A DNA stretch of 51,507 bases from Octopus bimaculoides (GCF_001194135.2 NC_069004.1:30040894-30092400); one strand, 5' to 3'. Numbered from the stretch's first letter, positions 1 to 12,214 are shown. Translations and numbers: made by a program. Notes: generated from the letters alone by a model not told the origin.

Positions 1-112
1 TTTTTTTTATGTCAGAAGCTTTGTTGGACTGTGGTGCTGCCCAGTACTGCCCTTAAATTTGTCGCCCCTCACCCCTATACGTGCTTATACAGCAGACCCA
101 AAAGCACTAACG

Positions 113-460
113 CTATAAAAACGTCGCTCGTTGCAGATTACCCCACCATTGCTCCTCCTTAATTATGCTGTTATTTTGTGTATGATGTATGTCCTTTGTT
201 TTATCGGCAACAATGTGTAAACCAAGGGAGTATTTGAACATGTTCCAAGTGTTTAGGAAAGGGTTGGAGCGGTGCCAAAATCGCGTGTTTTTAATCAGGT
301 TAATCATGAATACTTCAAAATTCTTGAGCTCATTTCTTAAAGGAGCATTCCTGTGATCTGAAGCAAAATCTATTTGTGGGTATGATGGTCTCACATTCTT
401 GAAGAAGAATCGTAAATCTTCTAGTTTATTTGCTAAATCGCATTTCCATCTCTTTAACAG
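113..460 (-). mobile_element. Probable Penelope-like retroelement ORF fragment (region N-terminal to the RT)
   Basis: The translation contains RWK...FFF...ELKNFEVFMINLIKNTRFWHRSNPF...VADKTKDIH. This matches from memory the RW...FF...EL..FE......I.N..F....N.F...ADKT pattern of invertebrate PLE ORFs. It is interrupted at about 476-540 by a SINE head. Needs an HMM/BLAST check. Confidence 0.5.
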
Positions 461-1867
461 GGCATGGAATAAGTGCAGGCGTGGCAGTGTGGTAAGAAGC
501 TTGCTTCCCAACCACATGGTTCCGGGTTCAGTCCTACTGTCATTTCTACCATTAACTACTCATGCTGTGTGCTTTTAGCTCAGTCATGCGGTCCGTGAGA
601 CTTTCTGAATGGTATCCCTAATGAAAAATTACCTCGATTTTTTTTTTAGTAGTATAGTCCGCTTGATGACAATCTTTCTCTCATGCGGTCTGCTTCTCGA
701 AAGAGGTTGCACATGCTTATTCTAAATCTTCTATCACATACGTTGTACAATAAGCTCCAATTTTTTTTTCAGTCAATAATCAATTTACAAAAAAATGAAG
801 GCAGAGGTTTGCAAGTAAATTCCAAGGTAATTTATTTCATGTCCCACGTGTTGATTCAATTAAAATTTTGTCCCAAGAAACAGATTGTGTGATGTGTGAC
901 AACCCTAGTGAGTTATTGAAGGTTGTTCCGAGCAACTGAAAAGCACCAGAGCCCATGATCAGTTGAGTGATGCAGGAGGATGACGAAAGGTACAAATTCT
1001 AAATGATGAAAAGGCATTTCATTTGCAACAAGACTTGAGAGAACCGTATCATCACAGTAAACAACCTAACTAGTACGTTAGGGCTGCTGGTGTTGTTGGG
1101 AGAGGAAGACCAGTTGACAGCCCGACGGTAACGAGGTCTTGCAGGGAACTGCCATCAGAGGTATGGTCCTAGCTAGCAGTTGCCTCGTTGGCCATCATTG
1201 GAGGTGTAAAACAGATTGGAAGAGCTGTTATAGCGCCACCTATATGGCATCATTGATTGGATGCTGACTGACTTGGCATCAGACGTTTTAATGTTTGTTT
1301 ATGTGTGAGTATATGCTCTCTTTCAAACAGAAGTCTATGGGATAGAATGAAGAGTAAATGCAGTCAGTAGAGTTAACGAGCATCCAACAGCTGGGAGAGA
1401 CCTCTTTATCTTGGTTTTGACATCTCTCCAGGAGACTCCAAAATAACGTCCACCAACATTGTGAAGCCAGATGTCTTACTCTTGCTTGTTTCTGAACTAC
1501 TTGGATTTGGAGGTGAGTAATGGCAGCGTTGCACAAGTTGCTATTTAATTTAAATTTCAGTAACGTGCATTGCTGACGGCCATTGCCTTTTAACATTTAA
1601 GATTAGGTAATTCGCCAGTGGTGGTTATACTTACCTACAAGTTGACTGCCAACACACGATATAGAATTGTACACAATTAATTCTTTATTTTGTATATTTT
1701 TCATTTTGTCCTGCCTGCCTATGCTTTAGTGTTTGCGGAATTTTTTTTCTGGAGAACATTATTTTTCTTTGTGGTTGGGTCGTTGATGACCTCTTTCTAG
1801 CATATTGGATGTCCACCTAGTGGTCATCCCTTCTTATACGCATGTATATATATATATATATATAAAG

Positions 1868-2238
1868 GTGCAGGTGTTATTGTGTGGTAAGAAGTTTACT
1901 TCCCAACCACATGGTTTCAAGTTCATATCCACTGTGTGACACCTTCTACAATAGCCTCAGGCCGACCAAAGTCTTGAATGGATTTGGTAGACGAAAACTG
2001 TAAGAAGCTCATCATATATGTGTGTGTGTCTTTGGGTCTGTTCCTCACCACAGCTTGACAATCGGTGTTGGTTTGTTTCCCTCCCCGTAACATAGCGGTT
2101 CAGCCAAAGAAATCGACAGAATAGGTACCAAGTTTTTATTTTTTTAAAATAAGGCACTGGAGTAGATTCATTTGACTAAAAATTCTTCAAAGCAGTGCCC
2201 TTGCATGGCCACAGTCTAATTATTGGAACAAATAAAAT
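1868..2238 (+). mobile_element. Near full-length tRNA-headed SINE, family A (CORE-like accttgggcaagt domain in better copies)
   Basis: Head gtgtggtaagaag.ttgcttcccaaccacatgg.tt...ggttca. Other copies at about 476-540, 4955-5120, 19265-19730, 31380-31530(-), 32120-32462, 33845-34020, 35230-35590(-), 36275-36470(-), 36720-36875(-), 51135-51170. Confidence 0.8.
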
Positions 2239-3764
2239 ATACATATAAGAATTTAGCAACTCAACTCTAAAAGAATATGAAAGAATTCTTGTTTGGAACA
2301 CTGAAAATTGAAGCAGATAAAATTGTCAATAAGTGTGTAAAAACCGTATTTAGAAACACTTTTGATTACAAAATATCAAAGGCTGCCGGTGGGATATGAA
2401 CACCACCTCTGTAATGTTTACAAAGGTGTCTTTGTGCCCCATGGGCTGCTTTTGATTTATACTGGCCAAACTGGTTCTTTAATACACTATTTACATGCCT
2501 TTTCTATAGCCTTAATTATTTCAACTTGCACCATTTCAATATATATTAGTTAACAATCTCATTATAAGTAGAATCAACGAAATCTATAGATATTCAAATC
2601 AAAATAGCAAACAATACTGTCTTCCCATTTCAACTTCTTTCTTAGAAAATTTTTTTTTCAAAGTGGCTGTGTGGTAAGTAGCTCTCAAAAAACAATAAAA
2701 GCTCTAAATAATAATTATTCAAATTCTGACGACCCCCAACCCACCACCTTTTTCATTATATATATTATTCACACACACGACAGGCTTCTGCACTGTTTCC
2801 TCCACTAAACAGTTCTATTCACAAAAACAACAAAAATGAAAATAAATTCAAATTTTTCTTTATCTTTTTTTTTCCTTTTGTTGAATCACTATTTAATTTA
2901 TTTGGTCTTGAGTCTTTTATTATTATTTTTTGTTTTTGATTGATTTTTTTAATTATTAATATTTCTTTTCTTTTTTTTAAACTTGGTAAAGAAATATTAA
3001 AAAAAAAATTTAAGCAANNNNNNNNNNNNNNNNNNNNNNNNNNNNNNNNNNNNNNNNNNNNNNNNNNNNNNNNNNNNNNNNNNNNNNNNNNNNNNNNNNN
3101 NNNNNNNNNNNNNNNNNNNNNNNNNNNNNNNNNNNNNNNNNNNNNNNNNNNNNNNNNNNNNNNNNNNNNNNNNNNNNNNNNNNNNNNNNNNNNNNNNNNN
3201 NNNNNNNNNNNNNNNNNNNNNNNNNNNNNNNNNNNNNNNNNNNNNNNNNNNNNNNNNNNNNNNNNNNNNNNNNNNNNNNNNNNNNNNNNNNNNNNNNNNN
3301 NNNNNNNNNNNNNNNNNNNNNNNNNNNNNNNNNNNNNNNNNAAGGACCCCTCCCCTCCCATATATTTTTGTCTTTTAAAGGGATTTTAAAGAGATGTCAT
3401 TTTGAGGCAGAAAAAGAGAATTATCAAAAAAAAAAAAAAACTTTTTAAAGATGTCATGGTAAATGCCACACCTGAAATTTAGGGATTTTAAGAAAGGAAG
3501 GAAAATGGTAGCCCCATGTCACAGTCCACAACCGAAGGCAGCACTCAAAAATGGCTTTCGGTGCTACTACTATTACAACTACTACTACTACTACTGCCAT
3601 ATGGCATTAGCCACTGCTAACTCTATGACTGCAACTACCAGGTAGGTCTGTTTAAATGGTTACTACAATGATGCAACTACTTTTTTTTTTGCCCTGTCAC
3701 CATTTACAACAGATGATTGTGAAATATTGCGTAATAATGCATGACCACTATTGCTACATAGTTT

Positions 3765-4330
3765 ATTTTGTTAGCCCAGTTGTTGTCAATTAGGTGTGTT
3801 AGCCCTGTGTTGGTGAGTTTTGTTAACCCTGTATTAGGTGAATTTTGGTAGCTCCCCTGCCAGTGCATTTTGTTGACCTTGTTGTTAACGAGGTGTCTTA
3901 GCCCTTTGCTGTTGGTGAGTTCTGTTAGCCCCCTACTTGAATTTTGGTAGCCCCCATTGTCAGTGCATATTGTTAGCCCTGTTGTCAGTGAGTTTTGTCA
4001 GCCCTACTATCAGTGAATTTTACAAGCCCCATTGTCAAGGCATTTTGTTAGCCCTGCTATCAGTGAGTTTTGTTAGCCCTGTTGCCAGTGAGTTTGTTAT
4101 CCCTGTTGTCAGTAGACTGTTTGTTAGCCCTGCTGTCACTGAGTTTTGTTAGCCCTGATGCCAGTGCTATCACTAAAGTTTGTTAGGCTTGTTGCCAGTG
4201 AATTTTGTTACCCTTGTTGCAACTGAGGTTTGTTAGCCCTGTTATCAGTGAGTCACCTCAGTTGTCAATTTTGTTAGCCCTGTTGCCAGTAGTTTTGTTA
4301 GCCCTGCTATCAGTGAATTCTGTTGACCCA
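3765..4330. repeat. Degenerate minisatellite, about 25-bp unit gagttttgttagccctgttgccagt
   Basis: About 20 visible units. Confidence 0.85.
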
Positions 4331-4696
4331 ATTTTTTTACATCCACACTAACCTGTCCATGTTACCCCAGCCCTACCAGAAATCTCTTGTAGACGACACT
4401 GCAAGAAGGGGTCAAATAAATCCTATTCCTGAAATCCTGACCCTGCCAAACAAAAAAAAATAATAATAATAAATGATAAAGGACACTGTGAAGGGTACAA
4501 AGTGACATCCTTAGCCCAGAAGAAAAATCCTAATTATAGGGCAAATTTATATAGAACCACATAAGTGGGTTAAGTGTACCAATAATTGAAACTGGAAAGT
4601 TTGACAACACAGTAAGTTTGATGGTAGGAATTTTTTTGCATCAATTTTATGTGTGTGTATATATATAAATTATATAAATATACTTTGTGTATTAAG

Positions 4697-4852
4697 GCTA
4701 CCATTGGTTTCATGTTATATTTACCTCAACAATTATCAAGCCTAACACATCAGTGTTCGCCTCCATTTTGGATTATGGAGGTGAACACCAATGTTCCATG
4801 TGATACACTTAATAATTGTTCATGCATTCCTTAACATGAAACCAATGGTAGC
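4697..4852. repeat. Nested imperfect palindrome (fold-back), part of a dispersed repeat
   Basis: 21-bp perfect inverted repeat (4697-4717/4832-4852), 9-bp pair (4728-4736/4812-4820) and 14-bp inner stem (4753-4766/4775-4788). Related sequence at about 30385-30446. Confidence 0.75.
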
Positions 4853-5523
4853 AACAAATAAAGAATCTTTAGCCACCAATGCGGTGTTGAGTACTCGTTC
4901 TGATTGTTTGATATCTACATATGTGGATAGATGGACGCATGAAGCACAGGTATGTATGTGTGGTGAGGATGTTTGCTTCCCAAGAAAACTTTTTTTGTCC
5001 AAGGAACTGTGGGATTCCTTGGGCAAGTGTTTTCTACTATAGCTCAAATAGACAAAAGCCTGGATTTTAAAAGTGAAAACTGAAAGAAGCCTATCATCTA
5101 TGTATGTATGCTTGCATGTACATGTGTGTGTGTCTACTTGTCTAGATTTTGTGTGATGGTTATAAGCAAGTATCACTGTGATACAAGCAGTGTGTCTGTT
5201 TCCAATCTTCCATGAAAACATGTCTGGTAATGGAGAAATATTGCCTTACTCGGAAAGATGACAGGAAGGGCATCGCCCAGCCATAGAAAAATCTGTTTCA
5301 ATAAATTTCATCTGACCCATGCAAGAATGGAAAGGTGGATGTTAAATTGATGGTGAGGATAATCTCATACATACATTTAGATTAAACCCTATTAAAAAAA
5401 ATTAAAAAATCTCCACAGACCACATACAGACATAAGATGAAAATTTTAAAGGAGGAGGAAGGATGGTAGGAGGCTAAAAATGAAAGGAGGTGAGAGGGAG
5501 TGGGGCGAGGAATTATGTATGTT

Positions 5524-5717
5524 ATTTACATTTGATGGGCATATGGCAAAGTGGTTAAGAGTGTGGGCTACTAACCCCAAGATTCCAAGTTCGATTCCAA
5601 GCAGTGACCTGAATAATAATAATAATAATAATAATATTGAAAAATACCTTAAGAATGAGAACTCAGGTTTGAAATTTCCCCAAGACACCCGATGAAGGCT
5701 GGAGGGTATATCAGCCG
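5524..5717 (+). mobile_element. tRNA-headed SINE, family F: tRNA-like head, (AAT)n, then tail with hammerhead-like motif
   Basis: Head gggcatatggcaaagtggttaagagtgtgggctactaaccccaagattccaagttcgattcc has A and B boxes. Tail ends gacacccgatgaaggctg...cagccga. A second copy of the tail lies at about 39860-39892 and 40451-40545. Confidence 0.65.
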
Positions 5718-5718
5718 A

Positions 5719-6884
5719 GGTCAACTTTGCATTTCATCCTTTCAGGGTCGATAAATTAAGTACCAGCAAAACATTGGGATTGATGAAACTGACTAAGTCC
5801 CCTTCCACAAAAATTTCAGGCCTTGTGCCTTTAGTAGAAAGTATTATTATTATTATTACTATTAAGGTGGTGAGCTGGCAGAAACGTTAGAACGTCGGGT
5901 GAAATGCTTAGCGGTATTTCGTCTGCCATTACGTTCTGAGTTCAAATTCCGCTGAGGTCGACTTTGCCTTTCATCCTTTCGGGGTCAATAAATTTCGTAC
6001 CAGTTATGCTCTGGGTTCAATGTAATCGACTTAATCCCTTTGTCTGTCCTTGTTTGTCCCCTCTGTGTTTAGCTCCTTGTGGACAATAAAGAAATAAGAA
6101 TCATTAGCATGTTGGGCGAAATGCTAAGCAGTATTTTGTCTACTGCTATGTTCTGAGTTCAAATTCCGCTATGGTCGACTTTGCCTTTTATCCTTTTGGG
6201 GGTCAAATAAGTATCGAGTACACACTGGCGTCAATGTAAACGACTTAATCCCTTCCCCCAAATTTGAAGCCTTGTGCTTCTACTAGAAAGGATTATTATC
6301 ATTATTATTAAATTGGTGAGCTGGCAGAATCATTAGCACACCGGACAAGCTGCTTCGTGGCATTTCATCCATTTTTACATTCTGAGTTCAAATTCCACCA
6401 AGGTTGTCTTTGCCTTTCATCTTTTTGGGGTCAAAAAAAAAAAAAAAAAAAAAGTACACCCTACCCAGAAATTGCTGACCTTCTGCTAGAATTTGAAACA
6501 ATTATTATCATTATTATTATCATTATTACCTCCACCTTAGCGAAGGCAGAGGTATTGTTTTCAGTCGTGTCTGTTTGTCCGTGGACAAGATATCTCAAGA
6601 ACCACTGGATGGATTCAGATGAAACTTTCAGGGATGTTTGACCTTGTGACTGGCACCAACTGATTAGATTTTGGGATTGATCGGATACCGGACAAGGATC
6701 CTGGGTTATCTTTTCGGTTTATTTTTTTACTTAATTTTTGTGAGCAGTCAGGTTCATTTTTAGTAATCTCGTTTGTGAGAGCAGTCGAGTTTATTTCAGA
6801 TATTCTCATTTTAAAAAATCATCTCTGGCTAATCATTGAGAGGACATCGGTGTTGCCTTGGCAGAGGTTTGCGCTCTCTGAGTG

Positions 6885-6918
<34 letters not shown>

Positions 6919-7465
6919 GCTGGCAAACACACAGAATCAGTATATTGGACAAAATGCTTCGCAATATTTATTCTAGCCTTTATGTTCCGAATTCAAATTC
7001 TGCTGCGATTGACTTTGCCTTTCATCCTTTCAAGGTCGATGAAATAACTTGGGTACTGGGGTCAATGTAATTGACAAGCCCACTTCCCCAAAATTTCAGG
7101 CCTTGTGCCTATAGCAAAAAAAAGTATCATTATTATTATTATTAGGCAGCAAGCTGGCAGAATCATTAACAAGCTGGACAAAATGTTTAGCAGCATTTAT
7201 TCTGGGTTCAAATTCTGCCTTTCATCCTTTTAGGGGGTTGATAAAATAAGTACCAGTCAAACTCTGCTGTCAATATAACCAACTTCTCTTTTACCGTAAG
7301 ATTGCCAATCTTAGGTCAAAATTAGAATGGGTCATTATTATTATTATTATTATTATTGAAGGTGGTGAGCTGGCAGAATCGTTAGCATGCCAGGCAAAAT
7401 GCTCAGTGGTATTTCATGTCTGCATGTTCTGAGTTCAAATTCCACTGAGGTCAACTTTGCCTTTG
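5719..7465 (+). mobile_element. Head-to-tail cluster of SINE family B (about 7 full or partial copies) joined by (ATT)n
   Basis: Repeated ggtggtgagctggcagaa...gttctgagttcaaattcc (B-box-like)...gactttgcctttcatcctttcggggtc...ggccttgtgcct plus an (ATT)n tail. Confidence 0.85.
6526..6887 (+). mobile_element. Helentron-associated non-autonomous element (HINE/DINE-like)
   Basis: 5' ttacctccacc..aagg and subterminal ccttggcagaggt inverted motif, with a 3' hairpin gcgctctctgagtgc. Inserted in an (ATT)n tract. Confidence 0.65.
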
Positions 7466-7467
7466 AA

Positions 7468-7790
7468 CTCAGCGGAATTTGAACTCAGAACATAAAGACA
7501 GATGAAATACCGCTAAGCATTTTGCCCACCATGTTAACATTTCCGTCAGCTCACCGCCTTTAAATTTTACTTTTTTCCACTTTAGGCACAAAGCCCAAAA
7601 TTTTTGGGGAGGGGGCCAGTCGATTAGATTGACCTCAGTATGGAACTGGTACTTAATTTATTGACCCCGAAAGGATGAAAGGCAAAGTCGACCTCAACGG
7701 AATTTGAACTCAGAACATAAAGACAAATGAAATACTATTAAGCATTTCGCCCGGTGTGTGTGTTAATGTTTTCGCCAACTCGCTGCCTTA
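7468..7790 (-). mobile_element. SINE family B copies, inverted relative to the preceding cluster
   Basis: Reverse complement of the family B sequence. Further copies at about 9335-9545(-), 10935-11385(-), 11470-11610(+), 19070-19260(-), 29740-30115(-). Confidence 0.85.
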
Positions 7791-7793
7791 GGA

Positions 7794-7826
<33 letters not shown>

Positions 7827-8242
7827 TAGGGTGAAGATGGTAAACTGGCAGTATGGTTAGGGCACTGGAAAGAGCTCCTTGCAATATCTGTTCCTGTTCT
7901 TTGGGCTGAGAGTTCAATTCCCATCAAGATAAGTTTTTTCCCATCATCCTTTGCAGTATTAATGAAATAAAATACCAGTTTAGTCCCATGGTTTGGGGTG
8001 CAATTGTAAATATGTAAAATAAAAAAGAAGAAAAAAACCAGTGTAGATGAGAGGGGGTAGAATATAGGGAGTGGTGAGGGAAAAGCTGGGGTATGTTAAT
8101 TTGGTGGGTGGGGGATTTAAAAATGTAATATTCTGCATCAGACATGCTTACGCACACATACACACAGTGTGTATATGTGCATGTATGTGTGTGTGTACAT
8201 ATGCAAGCAGCTGTTTGCGTGAGTATATGTGCATGCATGTTA

Positions 8243-8291
<49 letters not shown>

Positions 8292-8896
8292 AGTGGGCTT
8301 GTATGTATATGCATGTATGTTTGTGTTTATGTCTGTGCACTTGTGTGTGTGTGTGTGTGTGTGACAGATTTTGAAACAAAATATTTTTTAGAAATCATAA
8401 AAAACCAGCAAAAATAACAAAAGCAAAAAAAAACAACAAACAAACAAACAAACAAGTGAACATGAAACTCTTACATAACTGCTTGACCTGTTAGACAAAG
8501 CAGCTAAAAATCTTCTTCAAATTTGTAAAAGATACACTGGATGATGTATTGCTGGAGTTTTGCGCATGGGGGGAAAAGGTGGGATGGCCATGTCTGGACT
8601 ACTTTTGATTCTAGGTCTTCTCAATGAGGATTGAGCAGGGGTTAAACAGTCTTGGCACTGTGTGACAATGGTAAATGAATGTCACTGACATATAAGCAGG
8701 GTCATTCATTTGCAATCTTCCATGAACATGTCTGGTCATGGAGCGGTGGAGGGAATATTACCTTGCTTGAAAAACAGGTAAGGGTTGGTAACAGGAAGGG
8801 CATCCAGCCATAGGAAAACCTGCTTCAACAAACTTCATCTGACTCATACGAGCATGGAAAACTGGATGAATGCATCTAAGACTACATTATCTAAAG

Positions 8897-9174
8897 CAGT
8901 GGTTTTCAAACTGTGGTCCGCAAGGACAAGACAGGGGGTCCGTGGACAGCAAATACTTTTTATGGGCAATTTGATTTTATATATGGTTTTTTAATCGAAA
9001 TCTTTTAATTGACAATAAACCTATTTGTTAAATACTGTTAAATAAATAAATGTAAAAATATGTTATTTTAAGCAAATATTTATGTATAAATTTCATAAGC
9101 GTTTATAAGGGAGTCCCTAAGGTAAAACCTGAAATATAAAGGGGTCCACAAGTCAAAAAGTTTGAAAACCCCTG
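8897..9174. mobile_element. hAT-type MITE, copy 1 (278 bp)
   Basis: TIRs cagtggttttcaaact / agtttgaaaacccctg. Exact 8-bp TSD ATCTAAAG at 8889-8896 and 9175-9182. Confidence 0.9.
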
Positions 9175-10172
9175 ATCTAAAGTAACTTTTTCTGTAAACA
9201 ACATCCTGTCATCACACAGCAGAACCAGTAGAGCATCATACAGAATAGTCTGTCATAATTGTTCCTGCCCTTTATGTTCTGAGTGTAAGCACCACCAAAG
9301 TAAAGTTTGCTTTTCATCTATTTACGGGGTTTGATACAGACTTCAAATTTTGGCACAAGGCCAGCAAATTTCGATGTTGGTGGCTAAGACAATTGCATCG
9401 CTCCCAGTGTTTATATTATCGACCCTGAAAAAAATGAAAGGCAAAGTCGACCTCAGCAGAATTTGAACTCAGAACACGAGGACAAATGAAATGCCACTAA
9501 GCATTTTGCCCAGAATGCTAATGATTCAGACAGCTTGCCTTCTCTATGGAGACCTGATATTAGATAAAATACCAATCCAGCACAAAGGGTTCTACTCTTC
9601 TTTGTCTTCATGTTCCTTCCCTTTAGTCTCCCCATTCTTCTCCACCTCTTCCTCCCAATTCTTTTCTCTCCCTCCTCTACCCACTCTTTCTCCTTCTCCT
9701 CCCAATTCTCTTCTCTTCTTCCCCTACTGGTTCTTTTGTATGATAAGACATTTTTTAAAGAAAAAAAGGGGACACCTGAAAAACTAGTCTTCATTCTCTT
9801 TTTCAGTCTCCTCCTCCTCCCCTTCTTCCTCGTTCATTTTCTACTCTTTCTCCTCTTCCCAATTTTTTTTCTCTTTCTCTTTTCTTTTCATTCTTTTCCT
9901 CCTCCTCTCTGGAAGAAATCCACTGCAATCAAACTCAGAGAGGAAAGGGCTCTGCCAGGGTTAACCTTAACACAGCACACTTCATAGATCAGGGACACCA
10001 TGGCACTGTGACACCCTGAACCACCATGATTCCACCAAGAACACTAAGGGTTCCAACCAAGGCAAGAGTATGATGATTTGAGGGAAACTTGGCTGTTATT
10101 TCTAGTAAACCAAGATACCACAAGAGACTTCCTTGCTTTGTCATGTATATCATTATCTAATTCCTTTGACAG

Positions 10173-10320
10173 GTGCCAGGGGTAGTGGTAATGGGGATGG
10201 ACAAGTGGGACAGGGTATTCAGGGTAGCCTCCACCCTGATTCCATCCACTTCCTTAGATATATGCATCACACAGATAGAATGGAAGCCTCCTGTGGTGCC
10301 AACCAAAGGTTTGGTGGTTG
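10173..10320 (+). CDS. Candidate plus-strand exon (two open frames)
   Basis: Acceptor ttatctaattcctttgacag, donor TTG|gtatgg, locally GC-richer. Phase-0 frame reads VPGVVVMGMDKWDRVFRVASTLIPSTSLDICITQIEWKPPVVPTKGLVV. Confidence 0.25.
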
Positions 10321-10365
10321 GTATGGAACCCAGGAATTGTATTTGTAATAAAACCTGGGAGCTGA

Positions 10366-10403
<38 letters not shown>

Positions 10404-11739
10404 CAGTGTATATGAAAATGTATGTGTGGTGTGTGTTTGTAAGTCAATGCATGTGTGTGTGTGTGAGAGTTATAGAAGTTTCTTTTCAATCAGAAATATA
10501 TATATATAAGCATCAATTTGTATTTTAAAAAGAAAGTAACAAATGAATTAATTTAATAAAAATATTAATTAACTGTTAATTAAATATTAATAATACTAAT
10601 TGNNNNNNNNNNNNNNNNNNNNNNNNNNNNNNNNNNNNNNNNNNNNNNNNNNNNNNNNNNNNNNNNNNNNNNNNNNNNNNNNNNNNNNNNNNNNNNNNNN
10701 NNNNNNNNNNNNNNNNNNNNNNNNNNNNNNNNNNNNNNNNNNNNNNNNNNNNNNNNNNNNNNNNNNNNNNNNNNNNNNNNNNNNNNNNNNNNNNNNNNNN
10801 NNNNNNNNNNNNNNNNNNNNNNNNNNNNNNNNNNGTTCCTGCCTTTGCTCACCCCCCCCTCCAAAACAGAAAATTTACTTTTTAGCATAAGTTTAACAAA
10901 TAACACATCTACTGACCTACAACTACATAATAATAATGGCTTCAAATTTTGCCTCAAGGGCAGTCATTTTGGGGGAGGGGACTAGTCAATTATATCAAAC
11001 CCCAGTGTTTCACTGGTATTTAATTTATCGACCCAGAAAGGACAAAATGCAAAGTTGAACTCGGTAGGATTTGAACTCAGAATGTAACGACATGTGAGAT
11101 ACCACTAAGCATTTTGCCCGGCATGCTAATGATTCTGCCAGCTCGCCACCTAAATAATAATAATCATCCTTTCTACTATAGGCACTAGGCCTGGATTTTT
11201 GTGGGGAGGGGCACAATCGATCACAACGACGCCAGTACTTGATTGGCGCTTAATTTATCGACCCTGAAAGGTTAAAAGGTAAAGTAGACCTTGGCGGAGT
11301 TTGAACTCAGAACATAGCGACAGGCAAAATGCTTAGCAGTATTTTGCCTGGCGTGCTCACGATTCTGCCAGCTCTCGCTGTCTTAAATATAAGAAGAAAG
11401 AAAGAAAAAAAAGACAAAGAAATCATTAATAAAAATGAAGGGAAATTTACTATTATAATTATTTTTATTGTTGTACTGAGGTCAACTTTGCCCTCCACCC
11501 TATCAGGATCGATAAAATAAGTACCAGTCGAGTGCTGGTGTTGTGGTAAGCAACTTAACCCCCTCTCCCGAAATTGCTGACCTTGTGCCAAAATTTAAAA
11601 TTATTATTATTATTATTATTATTATACACTAATGCTTATTCATTTAGGTTGCCCTTGTGACTAATAAATTACTGTTATGTGTGAAGAACCATGTTTGTAT
11701 GAAAAAAAAAAAAAAAAACTAATGCTTTGCTTACTGTTG

Positions 11740-11814
11740 TTGTTGTTATTGCATGCATATTTATTCAGTGTTGAGGTTTTAAGTTGTTTGTTGTTGTTTG
11801 TTCGTTATGAAATC
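11740..11814 (-). other. Candidate terminal (3' UTR) exon with polyadenylation signal
   Basis: Acceptor ttttttttgcttttcag ends at 11815 and AATAAA lies at 11765-11760 on the minus strand. The end coordinate is approximate. Confidence 0.28.
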
Positions 11815-11979
11815 CTGAAAAGCAAAAAAAAATTTTTACGAAGCTTTTAGTTTCACATTTTATAAATTGTTCCAAGTAAAAATTCCAGTGGATTTCATTA
11901 CCATTCCAACAAGTCTGGAATTATTTTAGATGTTACGAACTTTTCTCTCCAAAACATGCAGTAGTTAGATGTGGCCTTT

Positions 11980-12146
11980 ATATCATACACAAATATATAA
12001 ACACATATAGATATATAAAACAAACATTATATATATATATATATATATACACACACATATATAAATAAATAAAATGTGTTATATATAAATATATATATAT
12101 AAAACAAATGCATTTTATATATGTATAACATATATCTATAAAATGC

Positions 12147-12182
<36 letters not shown>

Positions 12183-12214
12183 NNNNNNNNNNNNNNNNNN
12201 NNNNNNNNNNNNNN

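Noticed and set aside
893-1630. GC-richer unique block, considered as a solo LTR or exons
   Set aside because: No TG..CA ends with a TSD and no second copy. The exon-like segment 1331-1512 has stops in all frames. Left unclassified.
2819-3389. ORFs spanning N runs (also 10580-10957, 30845-31460, 38789-39277, 45640-46095)
   Set aside because: Their length comes from X residues in assembly gaps.
5524-5600. tRNA gene
   Set aside because: It has A/B boxes but no complete cloverleaf or acceptor stem, and it is fused to (AAT)n and a repeat tail, so it is a SINE head.
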